A stretch of 17,016 bases of DNA from Gemmatimonadota bacterium (GTDB lineage Bacteria; Gemmatimonadota; Gemmatimonadetes; Longimicrobiales; RSA9), in NCBI GenBank assembly GCA_040905425.1, contig JBBDRO010000091.1, positions 1,963 through 18,978 of the forward strand, read 5' to 3'. Position 1 is the stretch's first letter; every line of letters begins with the position of its first letter. Made by a program: the position numbers and the translations under genes. A model generated the notes under the pieces. It did not search any database, was not told the origin of the DNA, and saw only the letters and a list, made by a program, of their open reading frames with translations. Positions 15,145 to 17,016 of the stretch are shown here, in pieces.

Positions 15145-17016
15145 ATGGACGCCACGATCCTGCGCGTGCTGCGCACCAACGCCGTCATGCGGCGCCTGGC
15201 CCCCGCCGAGCTCCAGTACCTGGGCGAGCATGCCCGCGTCATGTGCTATCTGGCCGGGACCTACCTCTTCCACGAGCATCAGCCGCGCCGCTTCTTCGGC
15301 ATGGTCCTCTCCGGCAGCATCGAGCTGCACCGGGGGCCCAACGCCCGGCCGCAGGTGCTCTCGATCCTGCGGCGGGGCGATTCATTCGGCGAGGGCAGCC
15401 TGCTCGAGGACTATCCGCACTCCACGTCCGCGCGCGTGGTCGAGCCGGCGGAGGTCCTGGAGATTTCCCGTGAGTTCATCGACACCGTGGCCGAGGAGCG
15501 GCCCGAGCTCTATGCCCGGCTCGTCGTGGGCGCCGCGCAGGCCATCGCGGCCCAGCTGCGCGCCGCCAACAGCCGCCTGTCGGGACGCGCCGAAGCGTAC
15601 CTGTCGGGCGCACAGCGGCACGAGCAGGACCTGCTGGGCGAGCGCGACGTGGCGGAGAGCAGCTACTACGGCATCCAGACGCTGCGCGCAGTGGAGAATT
15701 TTCCGATTACCGGCATCCCCATTGCCCAGTACCCGCACCTGATCAACGCCCTGGCGGCGGTGAAGGAGGCGGCCGCCGCCGCCAACGCGGATCTGGGGCT
15801 GCTCGATACCGAAATCGCGGACGCCATCCGGCGCGCCTGCGCCGAGATCCGCTACGGCAGCCTGCACAACGAATTCGTGGTGGACGTCATCCAGGGCGGG
15901 GCGGGCACCTCCACGAACATGAACGCCAACGAGGTTATTGCCAATCGCGCCCTGGAACTCCTGGGGAAGCGGCGCGGCACCTACAACGTGGTCCACCCCA
16001 ACAACCACGTGAACCTCTCCCAGTCGACTAACGACGTGTACCCGACGGCCATCCGCATTGCGGCCAACTGGGGCATCGGTGACCTGACTCGCGCGCTGGC
16101 GGTCCTGCGGGATGCCTTCATGGAGAAGGCGCAGGAATTTTCCGACGTGGTGAAGATGGGGCGCACGCAGCTCCAGGACGCCGTACCCATGACGCTCGGA
16201 CAGGAGTTCCACGCATACGGCATCACGCTGGGTGAGGACATCGAGCGGCTACGGGAGGTGTCCCGCCTGCTGTGCGAGATCAACATGGGCGCCACGGCCA
16301 TCGGCACGGGGATCAACACCGATCCCGGTTACGCCGAGCTGGTCCGCGAACATCTCTCCACCTTGACGGGGCTACAGCTCGTAACCAGCCCGGACCTGGT
16401 GGAGGCCACCCAGGACACGGGCGCTTTCGTGACGTTGTCGGGGATCATCAAGCGCGTGGCGGTCAAGCTCTCCAAGATCTGCAATGATCTGCGCCTGCTC
16501 TCGAGCGGGCCCCGTACCGGCCTGGCGGAGATCAATCTGCCACCCATGCAGCCCGGCTCGAGCATCATGCCCGGCAAGGTGAATCCCGTCATCCCCGAGG
16601 TGGTCAATCAAGTCTGCTTCCAGGTCATCGGCAATGACGTGACCTGCACCATCGCGGCCGAGGCCGGACAGCTCCAGCTCAATGTCTTCGAGCCCGTGAT
16701 GGCATTCAACCTGTTCCAGTCGGTGGACATGCTCACGCAGGCCTGCCTGGTGCTGCGGGAGCGCTGTATCCTGGGGATCACAGCCAACCGGGAGCGCCTG
16801 CGCTGGCTGGTGGAGAGAAGTATCGGCGTGGTCACGGCGCTGGTGCCCTACATCGGCTACGAACGCGCCAGTGCGGTGGCCCGTGAAGCGCTGGAGACGG
16901 ATCGCGGCGTGGCGGAGCTGGTCCTGGAGAAGGGTTGGCTGAACCGTGAGGAGTTGGACGAGATCCTCTCACCCGCCGCCATGACGCGGCCGCGGCCCAT
17001 GCGCTCGCGCAAGGAG
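15145..17016 (+). CDS. aspA: Aspartate ammonia-lyase (aspartase) with an N-terminal cyclic-nucleotide-binding-like domain; stop lies beyond the right edge
   Basis: Manual translation of one continuous frame from ATG 15145 (or 15136). cNMP-like region YLAGTYLFHEHQPRRFFGMVLSGSIEL...LRRGDSFGEGSLLEDYPHSTSARVVEPAEVLEISR, then AspA motifs EQDLLGERDV, YYGIQTLRAVENF, QGGAGTSTNMNANEVIANRALE, SQSTNDVYPT, KMGRTQLQDAVP and GSSIMPGKVNP (16555-16587). Confidence 0.93.
   Translation, partial: MDATILRVLRTNAVMRRLAPAELQYLGEHARVMCYLAGTYLFHEHQPRRFFGMVLSGSIELHRGPNARPQVLSILRRGDSFGEGSLLEDYPHSTSARVVEPAEVLEISREFIDTVAEERPELYARLVVGAAQAIAAQLRAANSRLSGRAEAYLSGAQRHEQDLLGERDVAESSYYGIQTLRAVENFPITGIPIAQYPHLINALAAVKEAAAAANADLGLLDTEIADAIRRACAEIRYGSLHNEFVVDVIQGGAGTSTNMNANEVIANRALELLGKRRGTYNVVHPNNHVNLSQSTNDVYPTAIRIAANWGIGDLTRALAVLRDAFMEKAQEFSDVVKMGRTQLQDAVPMTLGQEFHAYGITLGEDIERLREVSRLLCEINMGATAIGTGINTDPGYAELVREHLSTLTGLQLVTSPDLVEATQDTGAFVTLSGIIKRVAVKLSKICNDLRLLSSGPRTGLAEINLPPMQPGSSIMPGKVNPVIPEVVNQVCFQVIGNDVTCTIAAEAGQLQLNVFEPVMAFNLFQSVDMLTQACLVLRERCILGITANRERLRWLVERSIGVVTALVPYIGYERASAVAREALETDRGVAELVLEKGWLNREELDEILSPAAMTRPRPMRSRKE

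Overview
Very GC-rich bacterial chromosomal segment. The gene repertoire is reminiscent of Gemmatimonadota, but that is inference only. About 16 CDS are supported; no rRNA, tRNA, CRISPR array or mobile element was seen. In order: (1) a BlaI/MecI-type repressor plus an M56 (BlaR1-like) peptidase-TonB C-terminal fusion that runs off the left edge, with a near-consensus sigma70 promoter overlapped by two operator-like inverted repeats; (2) a bacterial type IB topoisomerase; (3) a nucleotidyltransferase + metallophosphoesterase pair; (4) a coiled-coil protein coupled to a dCMP deaminase; (5) a PEGA lipoprotein, a TPR/glycine-rich membrane protein and a POT peptide transporter; (6) a candidate undescribed system made of a sensor-less sigma54 enhancer-binding protein, a 432-bp palindrome-rich intergenic region, a Sec-secreted acidic peptide with a symmetric CX10C-X12-CX10C motif, a beta-propeller protein, a permease and an ABC ATPase with a degenerate H-loop; (7) an aspartate ammonia-lyase fused to an N-terminal cNMP-binding-like domain, which runs off the right edge. 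The two edge genes are missing from the supplied ORF track and were translated by hand.
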